Source: Xanthobacteraceae bacterium
GTDB taxonomy: Bacteria > Pseudomonadota > Alphaproteobacteria > Rhizobiales > Xanthobacteraceae
Assembly: GCA_030037895.1 (NCBI GenBank)
Contig: JASHPW010000075.1
Location: 5,899 to 69,898 of the forward strand
Length of the DNA stretch: 64,000 nucleotides
Reading direction: 5' to 3'
Positions 37,889-46,432 of the stretch are shown here, one piece after another. The translations under genes were made by a program, and so were the position numbers. Within the stretch, counting starts at the first letter, position 1. Every line of letters begins with the position of its first letter. Under the pieces are notes generated by a model. The model saw nothing but the letters and a program-made list of their open reading frames with translations, was not told the DNA's origin and searched no databases.

Positions 37889-38724
37889 TTGTGGCCGTCG
37901 TCGGACCAGCCTTGCATAGTCGGCCGGAGGCCGCCGCCCGCGTGTTCCTGCGTGACCTGTTCCGCCACCGGCTGCTGCTCTCGTCGACCACGCGAATCGA
38001 ATTGCAGAAGCGATACGCCGGATCTGTGCTTGGTTTCGCCTGGGTCTTTCTCAACCCGCTTCTGTTCCTGGGGGTTTATCTTTTCCTCTATCTCGTCGTG
38101 TTCAAGATGCGCCTGCCGGAGATGAGCGAACTCGGCTTCGCCGTGTTCGTGTTCAGCGGGCTCGTCCCCTATATGGGCTTCATGGAAGTAGCGAGCGGCA
38201 GCGTCGGGTTGATGAAGGCAAATCTTCACTTCGTGAAGAATCTGCTGTTCCCGATCTCGCTGTTGCCGGTGCGCATGGCCCTGATCGCCCTCGTATCGGA
38301 GCTGGTCGGGCTCGCCATGGTCATTGTGCTTTCCGGATTGGACGGCCAATTATCCGCACAACTGGCGCTGCTGCCTGTCGTGGTGCTGTTGCAATTCCTG
38401 TTCTTCGTCGGAATTGCATTCCTGTTCTCGGTGTTCGGAATGATGCTTCCGGATTTCGGCTATTTCCTGAACACATTTCTGCTGTTCATTCTTTTTGTCA
38501 CGCCGATCGGGTTCCAACCCGGTATGGTGCCGTCGCGGTTGAGGCTGGTCGTCATCTTCAATCCCTTCTACTACATGATCGACGCCTTCAGGTCGGCCCT
38601 GCAGGCAACCCACGGTGTCCGCTGGGCCGGCATCGGCGTCTTCGCGGCGATGTCGATCATCGTGTTCTATCTTGGCGCCGCATGTTTCCGGCGCTTCCAA
38701 ACCCATCTGGTCGATTATGAATAA
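37885..38724 (+). CDS. wzm: ABC-2 type polysaccharide exporter permease (Wzm-like)
   Basis: The ATG at 37885 overlaps the upstream stop (ATGA). The N-terminus ELQKRYAGSVLGFAWVFLNPLL is typical of ABC-2 permeases, and about 6 hydrophobic helices follow. Confidence 0.85.
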   Translation: MIVAVVGPALHSRPEAAARVFLRDLFRHRLLLSSTTRIELQKRYAGSVLGFAWVFLNPLLFLGVYLFLYLVVFKMRLPEMSELGFAVFVFSGLVPYMGFMEVASGSVGLMKANLHFVKNLLFPISLLPVRMALIALVSELVGLAMVIVLSGLDGQLSAQLALLPVVVLLQFLFFVGIAFLFSVFGMMLPDFGYFLNTFLLFILFVTPIGFQPGMVPSRLRLVVIFNPFYYMIDAFRSALQATHGVRWAGIGVFAAMSIIVFYLGAACFRRFQTHLVDYE

Positions 38725-40657
38725 GATCGCCTTTGCCGGCACGGACCATGACTTTGCCGTTCGCGCCAGAAATTTGCGCAAGGTCTACCGTCTGTATCGC
38801 AAGCCGTCGCATCGTTTGCGCGATATTCTCGGCCTCCTGCCCAACGATTCGCGCTATTTCAGCGAGCAAGTCGCGCTGCATGATATGACGCTCGACATCC
38901 GCCGCGGCGAGAAGGTCGCGATCATCGGCAGAAACGGCGCCGGCAAGAGCACGCTGTTGAGGCTGATCACGCGCGTCGTCCAACCGACCGCCGGCCTTCT
39001 GTCGGTGAACGGCGAGACGCAGGCGCTGCTCTCGTTGGGGACGGGTTTCCACCCGGAAATGACTGGTCGGCAGAACGTGCAGGCTTATCTCGCCAATTTC
39101 GGCATCTTTGGCGACAAGGCGGCGCGCATGCTCGATGAGATCGTCGATTTTTCCGAGCTCGAAGAATACATCGATCAGCCGACCAAGACCTATTCGACCG
39201 GCATGAATGTGCGGCTGATGTTCGCGGCTTCGACTATGTTCTTGCCCGATCTTCTGGTCATCGACGAAGTGCTTGGAGTCGGCGACGCCTACTTCCAGGG
39301 CAAAAGCTTCGAGCGCATTCGCGAGATCTGCACCGGCAAAGGCACCACTTTGCTGCTGGTCACCCATGACGTGTATACCGCGAGCAGCCTGTGTGAGCGC
39401 ATGATCTGGCTCGACCATGGCGCCATTGTCCTCGATGCCGACAGCCCGACCGTGCTGCGGGCTTACGATACCTCGGTCCGCCAGCAAGAAGAGGCGCGCC
39501 TGCGCAAAAAAGCGCTGCTCGGCGCGCAGCGGATAACGGAAATGGCGCGACGCAACGACGTGCCGGTGTTGATCGAGTTGCGCAGCCCGGAGAATGCACC
39601 GCTGCCATCGCCCGTCGCTATCGCCCGCGTCGCCCTGATCGACGGTGAGCGCGCGTGGCCGGCGGCCGTCGTCGATGAGGCGGGAGCGTCGGCGGCGATG
39701 GGCCGGCTGGTGAAGGAAAGCGGATCGTGGGGTGACGTGGTCACCTGGCAGGGCCGGCAAGCCCGGCAGATGAATCACTATGGCTCCGCCATCCACAAGG
39801 TTGGAATTTGCTTTTTCTTGCCAGCGGGGCTAGTCGATCGCGCCGATCAAATGCGGCTTGAAGTTGAACTGGGCAGCGACCAAGCCTGCCGGCTCGAGGT
39901 TTGGCGCATCGACGCCGATGTGCACGCCCGTCGCCTCGTCACGGCCGAGACCACGCCAGGCGAATGGATCCTGCTGCGGACGGCTCTTGCGGGAGAGACC
40001 GCGGCCGGGATCGAAAAATCGGTGCAACAGCCTACGCCATTCGAGCAGGCGCCTTTGCCGGCCGAGGATTCTATGTCAATCGCGGCGGATCAAAGCATGA
40101 TTCATGTGCCTGGAAGCACGGCGGCGGCGCAAAGCGCGGCCGAACAGCGATTGCCGAAATCCAATACAATCTCTGCCGCTCCAATGGAACACCACGGCAG
40201 CGGCCGCGTCGTTGTGACAGGGGTGCGTATCCTCGACGATAATGGCCGGGAGGCGCTGCAACTCGAACACGGGAAACCCGTCAGCATCATCATCGGCTAT
40301 CAAATCAATGATGCCGCCTTGAAGGAGCATTGTCAGGTCGTTCTTGCCTTCAGGCGTAACGGAGTTGAAGACGTGTTCCGGCTGTTCGGCAAGGAGCTGT
40401 TGTTCGATGCGTCGACGGCTCCGCAAGGCGAGATCGTGCTGCGCCTCGACCGAATGCCGTTGGGGGCGGCGGAATATTCTTTGACGATTCTCGTCGCCGC
40501 GGAAAACTACTATGAGGAGCGGCCGACGACCTTTTACACCGTCAACCCGAAGGTATATTGGGCGGCGCGCGAGGTAATCGATATCAAGGTCGTCTCCAAC
40601 CATCTGATTCCGAAGGGGACGGGTGTGGTGGGCGAGGCGAGTTGGTCGCTGCGTTGA
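38717..40657 (+). CDS. wzt: Polysaccharide ABC exporter ATP-binding protein (Wzt-like) with a ~400-aa C-terminal extension
   Basis: The protein starts MNKIAFAG at 38717, overlapping the wzm stop by 8 nt. Walker A is GRNGAGKST, the signature is YSTGMNVRL and Walker B is LLVIDEVL. An extra middle module (about 39584-40060) is followed by a terminal Wzt_C-like module (about 40200-40654: VVVTGVRILDDNGREALQLEHGKPVSIIIGY...). Confidence 0.85.
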   Translation: MNKIAFAGTDHDFAVRARNLRKVYRLYRKPSHRLRDILGLLPNDSRYFSEQVALHDMTLDIRRGEKVAIIGRNGAGKSTLLRLITRVVQPTAGLLSVNGETQALLSLGTGFHPEMTGRQNVQAYLANFGIFGDKAARMLDEIVDFSELEEYIDQPTKTYSTGMNVRLMFAASTMFLPDLLVIDEVLGVGDAYFQGKSFERIREICTGKGTTLLLVTHDVYTASSLCERMIWLDHGAIVLDADSPTVLRAYDTSVRQQEEARLRKKALLGAQRITEMARRNDVPVLIELRSPENAPLPSPVAIARVALIDGERAWPAAVVDEAGASAAMGRLVKESGSWGDVVTWQGRQARQMNHYGSAIHKVGICFFLPAGLVDRADQMRLEVELGSDQACRLEVWRIDADVHARRLVTAETTPGEWILLRTALAGETAAGIEKSVQQPTPFEQAPLPAEDSMSIAADQSMIHVPGSTAAAQSAAEQRLPKSNTISAAPMEHHGSGRVVVTGVRILDDNGREALQLEHGKPVSIIIGYQINDAALKEHCQVVLAFRRNGVEDVFRLFGKELLFDASTAPQGEIVLRLDRMPLGAAEYSLTILVAAENYYEERPTTFYTVNPKVYWAAREVIDIKVVSNHLIPKGTGVVGEASWSLR

Positions 40658-40678
40658 CCACGGCCGGCAGCGGTGCAG

Positions 40679-41773
40679 TCAAGCGATCAGGCGGATCGAA
40701 TGGATGATTAACTCCGAGGTTGCAGGCGATGTTGGTTGCACGTTCGAGACGACGATCTGGAAAGCTTTGGGCATCTTCTCCAAGTTGACATAGCAGCGCT
40801 GCCGACCAAGGCGGCTCACGGTCTTCGACAGCAGGAATCGATTTGCTGCGGGATCGAGCAGGCCAACGGACGCCCCGCCACTGGCGACATCCATATCTAC
40901 TTCCAGCGCAAGGGCCTGCGGCGGCGTGTCGATCAGGGGAAACGTGATCGCGTAATGGAATTGATTGCAGCCGGTGACGATCCGCAGGTTTCCTTCATCG
41001 GTCAACGTCGCTTCTGCGTCCGCTGTCATAAAAGTGCGTAAGGGCACGTCATGAACTATGGTTCGGCCGAAACGAGCCGTCTGCGCCGCGAAAATCCGCC
41101 GCGCATGTTCGTAAAGCCGGTAGTCAAATTCGTGGAACTCACGGATAGCCGATCTCACATCGTCGTCAACCATCTCGGTTCTGGTGATGGCGTTTAGATG
41201 CGGGACATCGACGTCGGTGATGTTGCTTGCCCGGAAGGTTCGCATGGCACTTTCATCGAAATGTTCATAGATACCAACGACGGCGCGGCTGACGTTCTCC
41301 TTGGCTGCGGCAAGCATGTCCTCGTTGACGGCGCCGATCGGAATGCTCATCATGCAGCGCAACGGGTCGGCGCCGAACTGCTCGATGTCAATATCTGCCA
41401 TTCGGCGCGTCTGGCCGTTGTCGCGCATGACTGTCCATGCGTTCCGCGCATACTCCAACAGACCGACAGACTTGGCATAGTCGAAGATGACAGTCCCTGG
41501 GACCGATCGCGCATGAAAGTAGGATGAGACGAGACGGTTCACCGGATCCCTGAGCCAGACGATATAGCGAACCGGTTTGGTCAGGAACGCATCGATGCCG
41601 AACGGCATGTGGCCAGCAAGCAGCTCGAAGCTGTCACGCTCGGCCTGCGAGAGAGAAAAGAATGTGCGAAAATCATCGGCCTCGCTGAGACGTATATACC
41701 TTCGCAAATGCCGCCGCAGCGCCTCTGTTACACTGGTGCCTCCGGTCCGTGGCGTGTGGATAAAGACAATCAG
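40679..41773 (-). CDS. Sulfotransferase with a C-terminal ~110-aa accessory module; start codon non-canonical or lost
   Basis: The track ORF (40679..41707) starts at a TTG that lies downstream of the 5'-PSB loop. The same frame stays open up to 41800 and encodes ...HPVLIVFIHTPRTGGTSVTEALRRHL. The 3'-PB motif WLRDPVNRLVSSYFH is present. The only upstream in-frame candidates are CTG (41791, 41773) and ATT (41770). The 5' end given here is provisional. Confidence 0.65.
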   Translation of the reverse strand: MIVFIHTPRTGGTSVTEALRRHLRRYIRLSEADDFRTFFSLSQAERDSFELLAGHMPFGIDAFLTKPVRYIVWLRDPVNRLVSSYFHARSVPGTVIFDYAKSVGLLEYARNAWTVMRDNGQTRRMADIDIEQFGADPLRCMMSIPIGAVNEDMLAAAKENVSRAVVGIYEHFDESAMRTFRASNITDVDVPHLNAITRTEMVDDDVRSAIREFHEFDYRLYEHARRIFAAQTARFGRTIVHDVPLRTFMTADAEATLTDEGNLRIVTGCNQFHYAITFPLIDTPPQALALEVDMDVASGGASVGLLDPAANRFLLSKTVSRLGRQRCYVNLEKMPKAFQIVVSNVQPTSPATSELIIHSIRLIA

Positions 41774-41859
41774 GACCGGGTGCCTTTCCAGCTTGGGTGT
41801 TTAAAACGCAGAAAATCGTCGCCGCGTCGATCATTTGTGCTTTGCGGAGCCGGGTTCAT

Positions 41860-43962
41860 TCATAATAACCCTTTCTTCGATCGCGTCATGATGAGTTCGC
41901 GGAGCTGCGGATCGCGCTCCATGCGTCGAAACCGCTCCGCATCCTCGCCGCGCAGCTCCGACAGCCCGTAGATCGAATAGTTGAACAGTTCGACGTCAAT
42001 GTCTTCATGTCCGATCTGCTGCAGCATCCAGACCACTTCTGCGGAGGTGTACTCGCGGTGATGGCCCTCGAAAGGAGGCTCCACATCGAATTGGAGTTGG
42101 ATTGGAGGCGCAATCGGTCGGCCTGCGGCCAGCTTTTCCCGCGTATAGAGGTACGAGAGGTTGGGCGTCTCCAAGATGAGCGTGCCGCCCGGTCGCAGCA
42201 CCCGATCGAGCGCGAGCAACAGCGGCCTGGGCGTGTGCGCGACGTGCTCGATGACGCCGAGGCAGAGCACGGCATCGTACGAATTCTCTCCAATCCGGCC
42301 GAGATCGGATGCCGCGTCGCGACCGAGGTCAATGACCCCGATGTCCGCCGACCGCAGCAGGGAAAGTGTTTTTTTGAACGCATCGCCGTAGGAGCCGTAC
42401 TGGTCGGCCGCGTCCACCTCAAAACCAAGCTTCCGCGCAAACAGCGAAAAATTTCCGAAATATGCGCCAAAATCGAGAATCCTGCCCTTTTCCAATCCTG
42501 CCGCGCGCAGTGCCGCGCCGACGCGAACCATGCGGATCGCGCCGAGGCGGATGTAATTCGTCCAGTCGTAATTTTCCAACCCCGGCGAATGCTGCGCCAG
42601 GGGCGCGAAATCAGACCCGGGAATCGTCTCCAGGACCGCGTTCGTCGCCGCCCACGCAGCGCCGAATTGCTGCGGGTACTGCTCCTCCAAGCAGGAGGGA
42701 AATCGCAGCCGCACTGGCGCGGCAAGGCCCCGGCCCGTTGGCACTTCCAATACAGGTTGTTGCAACAGCGCAACGCGATGAAGAACGAAGCGCGATATTC
42801 CGGGCCGATCCTGGCGAAAATTGGAGATGATCACCTTCCACCGGGAAGGGATTGCGTCGAAGGCAAAGACATGCTGATGCCGCCCGCGTTGCCAGATAGC
42901 CTGGGCAAACGCAAAGGCGTCTTGCTCCGCGTTCAATAGTCCGACTGATATTGCCCCTTGATCCAAGCTGACTTCGACGAGGATGGCATTAGCCGGCAGC
43001 ACCGTGGCGCCGTCGTGGACGTTGCTCGCAAGAGCGTATCCGAAGCTGTTTTGGAACGTTTCGACGCAGAGTCCCGCCGGCGCCCGGTGCGACTCCGCAT
43101 CCACCGGCTGAAACTCCCCCAGATCGACTTCGCAGATCTTCGCTTCGGTGGTCATGCACGCCGGCTGGAAAAATAACGCTGGCCGCTCGGCAGCGCGGCG
43201 CAACTCGTACCAGACAAACCAATCCTGGTTCCAAAATTGTCGCCGGGCGATGTACACGGCGTCTCCGAAGATCAGGTCAAGCTTTTCGTCGTCATGCCAA
43301 TCCGACCACGGGCAATGCTCGTCGCCGACGCTCGGGTCCGACGCCCGGGCAAAAGTCGGCGCATCGAATTCTTCCGGCGATGACCAGCCACAGCTCGCAT
43401 GGGCGAATTCCCAAGTATAGAGCATAAGGACAATGCTTCCTCCGGGCGCGAGAGAATTCAGGCATCGGGCCGCCAGCCTGCGCTGTAATGATTCCGGCAT
43501 CGTCATCAACGAGCCATATAGGAAGACCACGTCAAAGGGTCCCATCAGATCATGATCGGGGCCGGAACTGAAAATAAAATTCATTCCCGCGACACCCTTT
43601 GCGGCGGCCACCCGCCTGATCACCTCCAGGTTGCTCCCAATGATGTCGCAGCAAGTCACGCGAGCGCCATGTATTTGGTAGTAAATCTCGTGCAGTCCCA
43701 GGCCGGAGCCGATCGACAGCACGCGCTTGCCGGCGAATTCACCAGACATTTGCCGTAAAAACGCGTTTTCTTCCGGATACCGCAGGAAGCGACTTTTGAA
43801 AGCCTCGTCCCAGATGCGGTTGAGCTCCGTATCATTCAAATTCAGCAGCGAGGAAGTATCATGTTTTCCGGCGCCGGAAGGCGCAAAGCGCCAGTAGGTC
43901 CGGGAAGCCCGCAAGTCGAAACTAGCGGGCGCGTCGGCATCGGTTCTTTTGCCAATGTTCAT
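41860..43962 (-). CDS. Dual class I SAM-dependent methyltransferase with a central accessory module
   Basis: The first methyltransferase domain reads VLSIGSGLGLHEIYY...FDVVFLYGSL...LAPGGSIVLM. The central module lies at about 42760-43152. The second reads ILDFGAYFGNFSLFA...YDAVLCLGVIEHV...LRPGGTLILETPN. The start ATG at 43962 overlaps the upstream stop (ATGA). Confidence 0.8.
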   Translation of the reverse strand: MNIGKRTDADAPASFDLRASRTYWRFAPSGAGKHDTSSLLNLNDTELNRIWDEAFKSRFLRYPEENAFLRQMSGEFAGKRVLSIGSGLGLHEIYYQIHGARVTCCDIIGSNLEVIRRVAAAKGVAGMNFIFSSGPDHDLMGPFDVVFLYGSLMTMPESLQRRLAARCLNSLAPGGSIVLMLYTWEFAHASCGWSSPEEFDAPTFARASDPSVGDEHCPWSDWHDDEKLDLIFGDAVYIARRQFWNQDWFVWYELRRAAERPALFFQPACMTTEAKICEVDLGEFQPVDAESHRAPAGLCVETFQNSFGYALASNVHDGATVLPANAILVEVSLDQGAISVGLLNAEQDAFAFAQAIWQRGRHQHVFAFDAIPSRWKVIISNFRQDRPGISRFVLHRVALLQQPVLEVPTGRGLAAPVRLRFPSCLEEQYPQQFGAAWAATNAVLETIPGSDFAPLAQHSPGLENYDWTNYIRLGAIRMVRVGAALRAAGLEKGRILDFGAYFGNFSLFARKLGFEVDAADQYGSYGDAFKKTLSLLRSADIGVIDLGRDAASDLGRIGENSYDAVLCLGVIEHVAHTPRPLLLALDRVLRPGGTLILETPNLSYLYTREKLAAGRPIAPPIQLQFDVEPPFEGHHREYTSAEVVWMLQQIGHEDIDVELFNYSIYGLSELRGEDAERFRRMERDPQLRELIMTRSKKGLL

Positions 43963-46334
43963 TGCGTTTGCCTTGACCCGGGTGGCGGCTTCTCCACCTG
44001 CCACAGCCCGGTCTGTCCATCCGAACTCGGATAGGCGCCGCCGACGCCGATCTCGGCCAGATGCACGGTCTCCTGCCGGACGACGCGTAATCCGGCGCGA
44101 ACGGCGGCCTCACGAACGGACGTCTCATCCGCTTTCCACAGATGCGCTTTATTGCAGAATTCAGGCCGGCGATAATCGGGCGGAATAACCAAAAACGCCA
44201 GGCCGCCCGGCTTCAGCACGCGCCCGCATTCCGATAGAGCCTGCAAGGGATCGGCGGCATGCTCGATGACGTTATCGGCGACGATCGTATCGAATACCGA
44301 ATCGGGAAATGGCAACGCCCGCATGTCGGCAATGAGGCCGAGGCCGCCGAGTTTACGTAATTCCGCCGCCTGGTCGAGCGTGAGGTCGAAGCCGATGTAG
44401 GAGCTGGCACGGGAGCGAAGTCGGCGCGCCATCACCCCCAACCCGCTGCCGAGCTCGAGCGTGAATCCGAGGGACTCAGGCATCCACGCAACAAGACGCT
44501 CGGCGTCGGCCGTGATCTCGAGCCGCTCGCGCTGGTAGGAATGGATCTCAATCTGGATGCGTCTCAGATCCTCACTCGTCGGCACGCGCATTGCAGCTTT
44601 GGCTGCAGAAAAAAACTGCGAACCATTCACAAGTCGCGTATCGCTGTCCACGCGAAGAAGTGGAGATGCGCCGGAAAAAATGCCTCCGGCGTCGAATTCG
44701 AAGATGCGCAGCCATGCCGGGGCGGGAAGCGACCAATTGTGCACAAAGTAATATGGCCAGTAATCCATCTGTGTTGTGTCTAGATTGACCTGAAGCTCAA
44801 ACTGCTTTTGCGCTGCCCGATCGAGGACGCGCGCAAGCCGTCGTTGGCCTTGTTCGAATTCCGCATCGAAGAAAGCGCCCAAGCCGGATGGCAGGTTGTC
44901 GGCGATGTGCGTGTCCAGAAGCCGTCCAGACCAACGCGGAATTTCGACGGTCGCGTCCGGGGGCGCGGCATAGGACGGCAGGCGCAGATCGAAAGGCAAC
45001 GCGCGGTAAGGTTGCCGATCATCGTAAGCCGCCAGGCGGCTGCCAAGCGCGGCGCGGCTCACCGGCGTGAGATCGAAGCCGATGCCGTGTCGGCGGGCAA
45101 AATCGAGGACGGCGGAGCTTTTAGCGATGCCTACCGAGCCCCGCACCCATTGAAACGTGATCTCGTCCGTCTTTCCCCCGTCGCGCAATGCCTGCCGCAG
45201 GCGCGCGAGGGCATCCTCCGTCACTTGGGGAACCTCATCGAAGCGCGTGGGCAACGTGACGCCGACGGCGACGTTGTCCCGCGTGCAAACGGTCGCCACT
45301 ACCGAAGGGAGGAACCGCGCCCAATTTTCCAAGTCGGCTTCAGGCTCGGGCAAATCGATCGCATGCGCCGCCTCGCGCAGCGCCAGCCGGTCCAGCATTT
45401 CCTCGGCGAGGGGACGCAGGCGGATATGGAGGGCTTCCAGGGCGGGAATGGACCAGCGCAACACGATACCCGCCGCCTCGATGCGCCGCGTTGCGCGCGC
45501 AACCTGCCACGTCTTGCTGTTGTCGGCGACCTCGGTCGGGCCTTGGACCGCGCCGACAAGGCCGAGGACCTGCTCTATCTCGTTGAGAGCCAAAAGCGGC
45601 TCGCGCTCCACCGGCTGCGCCCATACGAGGCGTTCGCCGGGCTGCAGGCGTCGATGACAGGCGGCCATGAGCTCGATCAGGCCGGGAAGAGCGTCGGGCG
45701 TCTGCGGCAACCGCCGTTGGTCGAGGCACCAGATCGGCTGGTTTGGCGCGTCGTCGTGCGCGGTGAGCCAGGTGCGGACCGCGGCCGGCAAGTCGGCGTC
45801 GTTGAGCGGCACGATCGGCGGTTCGATAGCAGCGGTAATGGCCGGAGCCGATCGGGACCCTGCGCCGGTGCCGTTCTGTCGAGCGCCGCCGGCCGACTGA
45901 ATTTGATCGGCCGCCAATTTGGCAAGCGTGCCGCTGGCCAAGCGGCTGGATTCGCCGAGCTGCGAGACTATGCCGCCAAGCTGGCGGCTTTGCTCGGCGA
46001 GAATGATGAGGTCCGTTTCCAGACGTTTGCCGTAGCTGGCAAAGCCGGCCACGACGTCGGCGTCCAGGCGGCTCGTCAGCGCGAAGATCTGCTCGCAAAG
46101 TCCGACGAGCTTGGCAACCTGATCGCCGATGGCGGCATCGGTTCTTCCTTTGCCCGCGAGGCCGTCGGGCCGCCTTATCTTGGCAACCACATCGGCGGTG
46201 GGTTGCCGTTGGAGCTGATTGCGCTCGTCGAGCTGATCGAGTCGACGTTCCAATCGCGCGATCAGCTCTTGGAGCTTCTTTCGACCCCACATCATACCAT
46301 CACCGCGAACACGCGCGACAAGCAGAAACAGCAT
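43959..46334 (-). CDS. Large protein: N-terminal coiled-coil-like region, unknown central region, C-terminal class I SAM methyltransferase
   Basis: The N-terminus KKLQELIARLERRLDQLDERNQLQ... has a heptad-like pattern. The C-terminus reads TLELGSGLGVMARRL...FDTIVADNVIEHAADP...LKPGGLAFLVIPP. The start is uncertain (46334 or 46295). Confidence 0.7.
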   Translation of the reverse strand: MLFLLVARVRGDGMMWGRKKLQELIARLERRLDQLDERNQLQRQPTADVVAKIRRPDGLAGKGRTDAAIGDQVAKLVGLCEQIFALTSRLDADVVAGFASYGKRLETDLIILAEQSRQLGGIVSQLGESSRLASGTLAKLAADQIQSAGGARQNGTGAGSRSAPAITAAIEPPIVPLNDADLPAAVRTWLTAHDDAPNQPIWCLDQRRLPQTPDALPGLIELMAACHRRLQPGERLVWAQPVEREPLLALNEIEQVLGLVGAVQGPTEVADNSKTWQVARATRRIEAAGIVLRWSIPALEALHIRLRPLAEEMLDRLALREAAHAIDLPEPEADLENWARFLPSVVATVCTRDNVAVGVTLPTRFDEVPQVTEDALARLRQALRDGGKTDEITFQWVRGSVGIAKSSAVLDFARRHGIGFDLTPVSRAALGSRLAAYDDRQPYRALPFDLRLPSYAAPPDATVEIPRWSGRLLDTHIADNLPSGLGAFFDAEFEQGQRRLARVLDRAAQKQFELQVNLDTTQMDYWPYYFVHNWSLPAPAWLRIFEFDAGGIFSGASPLLRVDSDTRLVNGSQFFSAAKAAMRVPTSEDLRRIQIEIHSYQRERLEITADAERLVAWMPESLGFTLELGSGLGVMARRLRSRASSYIGFDLTLDQAAELRKLGGLGLIADMRALPFPDSVFDTIVADNVIEHAADPLQALSECGRVLKPGGLAFLVIPPDYRRPEFCNKAHLWKADETSVREAAVRAGLRVVRQETVHLAEIGVGGAYPSSDGQTGLWQVEKPPPGSRQTQ

Positions 46335-46432
46335 CCGACCTGCGGCGCACGCCCGGACGACCGTGCAACGCAGGCGAGGCCGGTCTTGCAGGAACGCGAA
46401 GCCTCCGTGTCAATGGCGCGCCTGACTGAATA

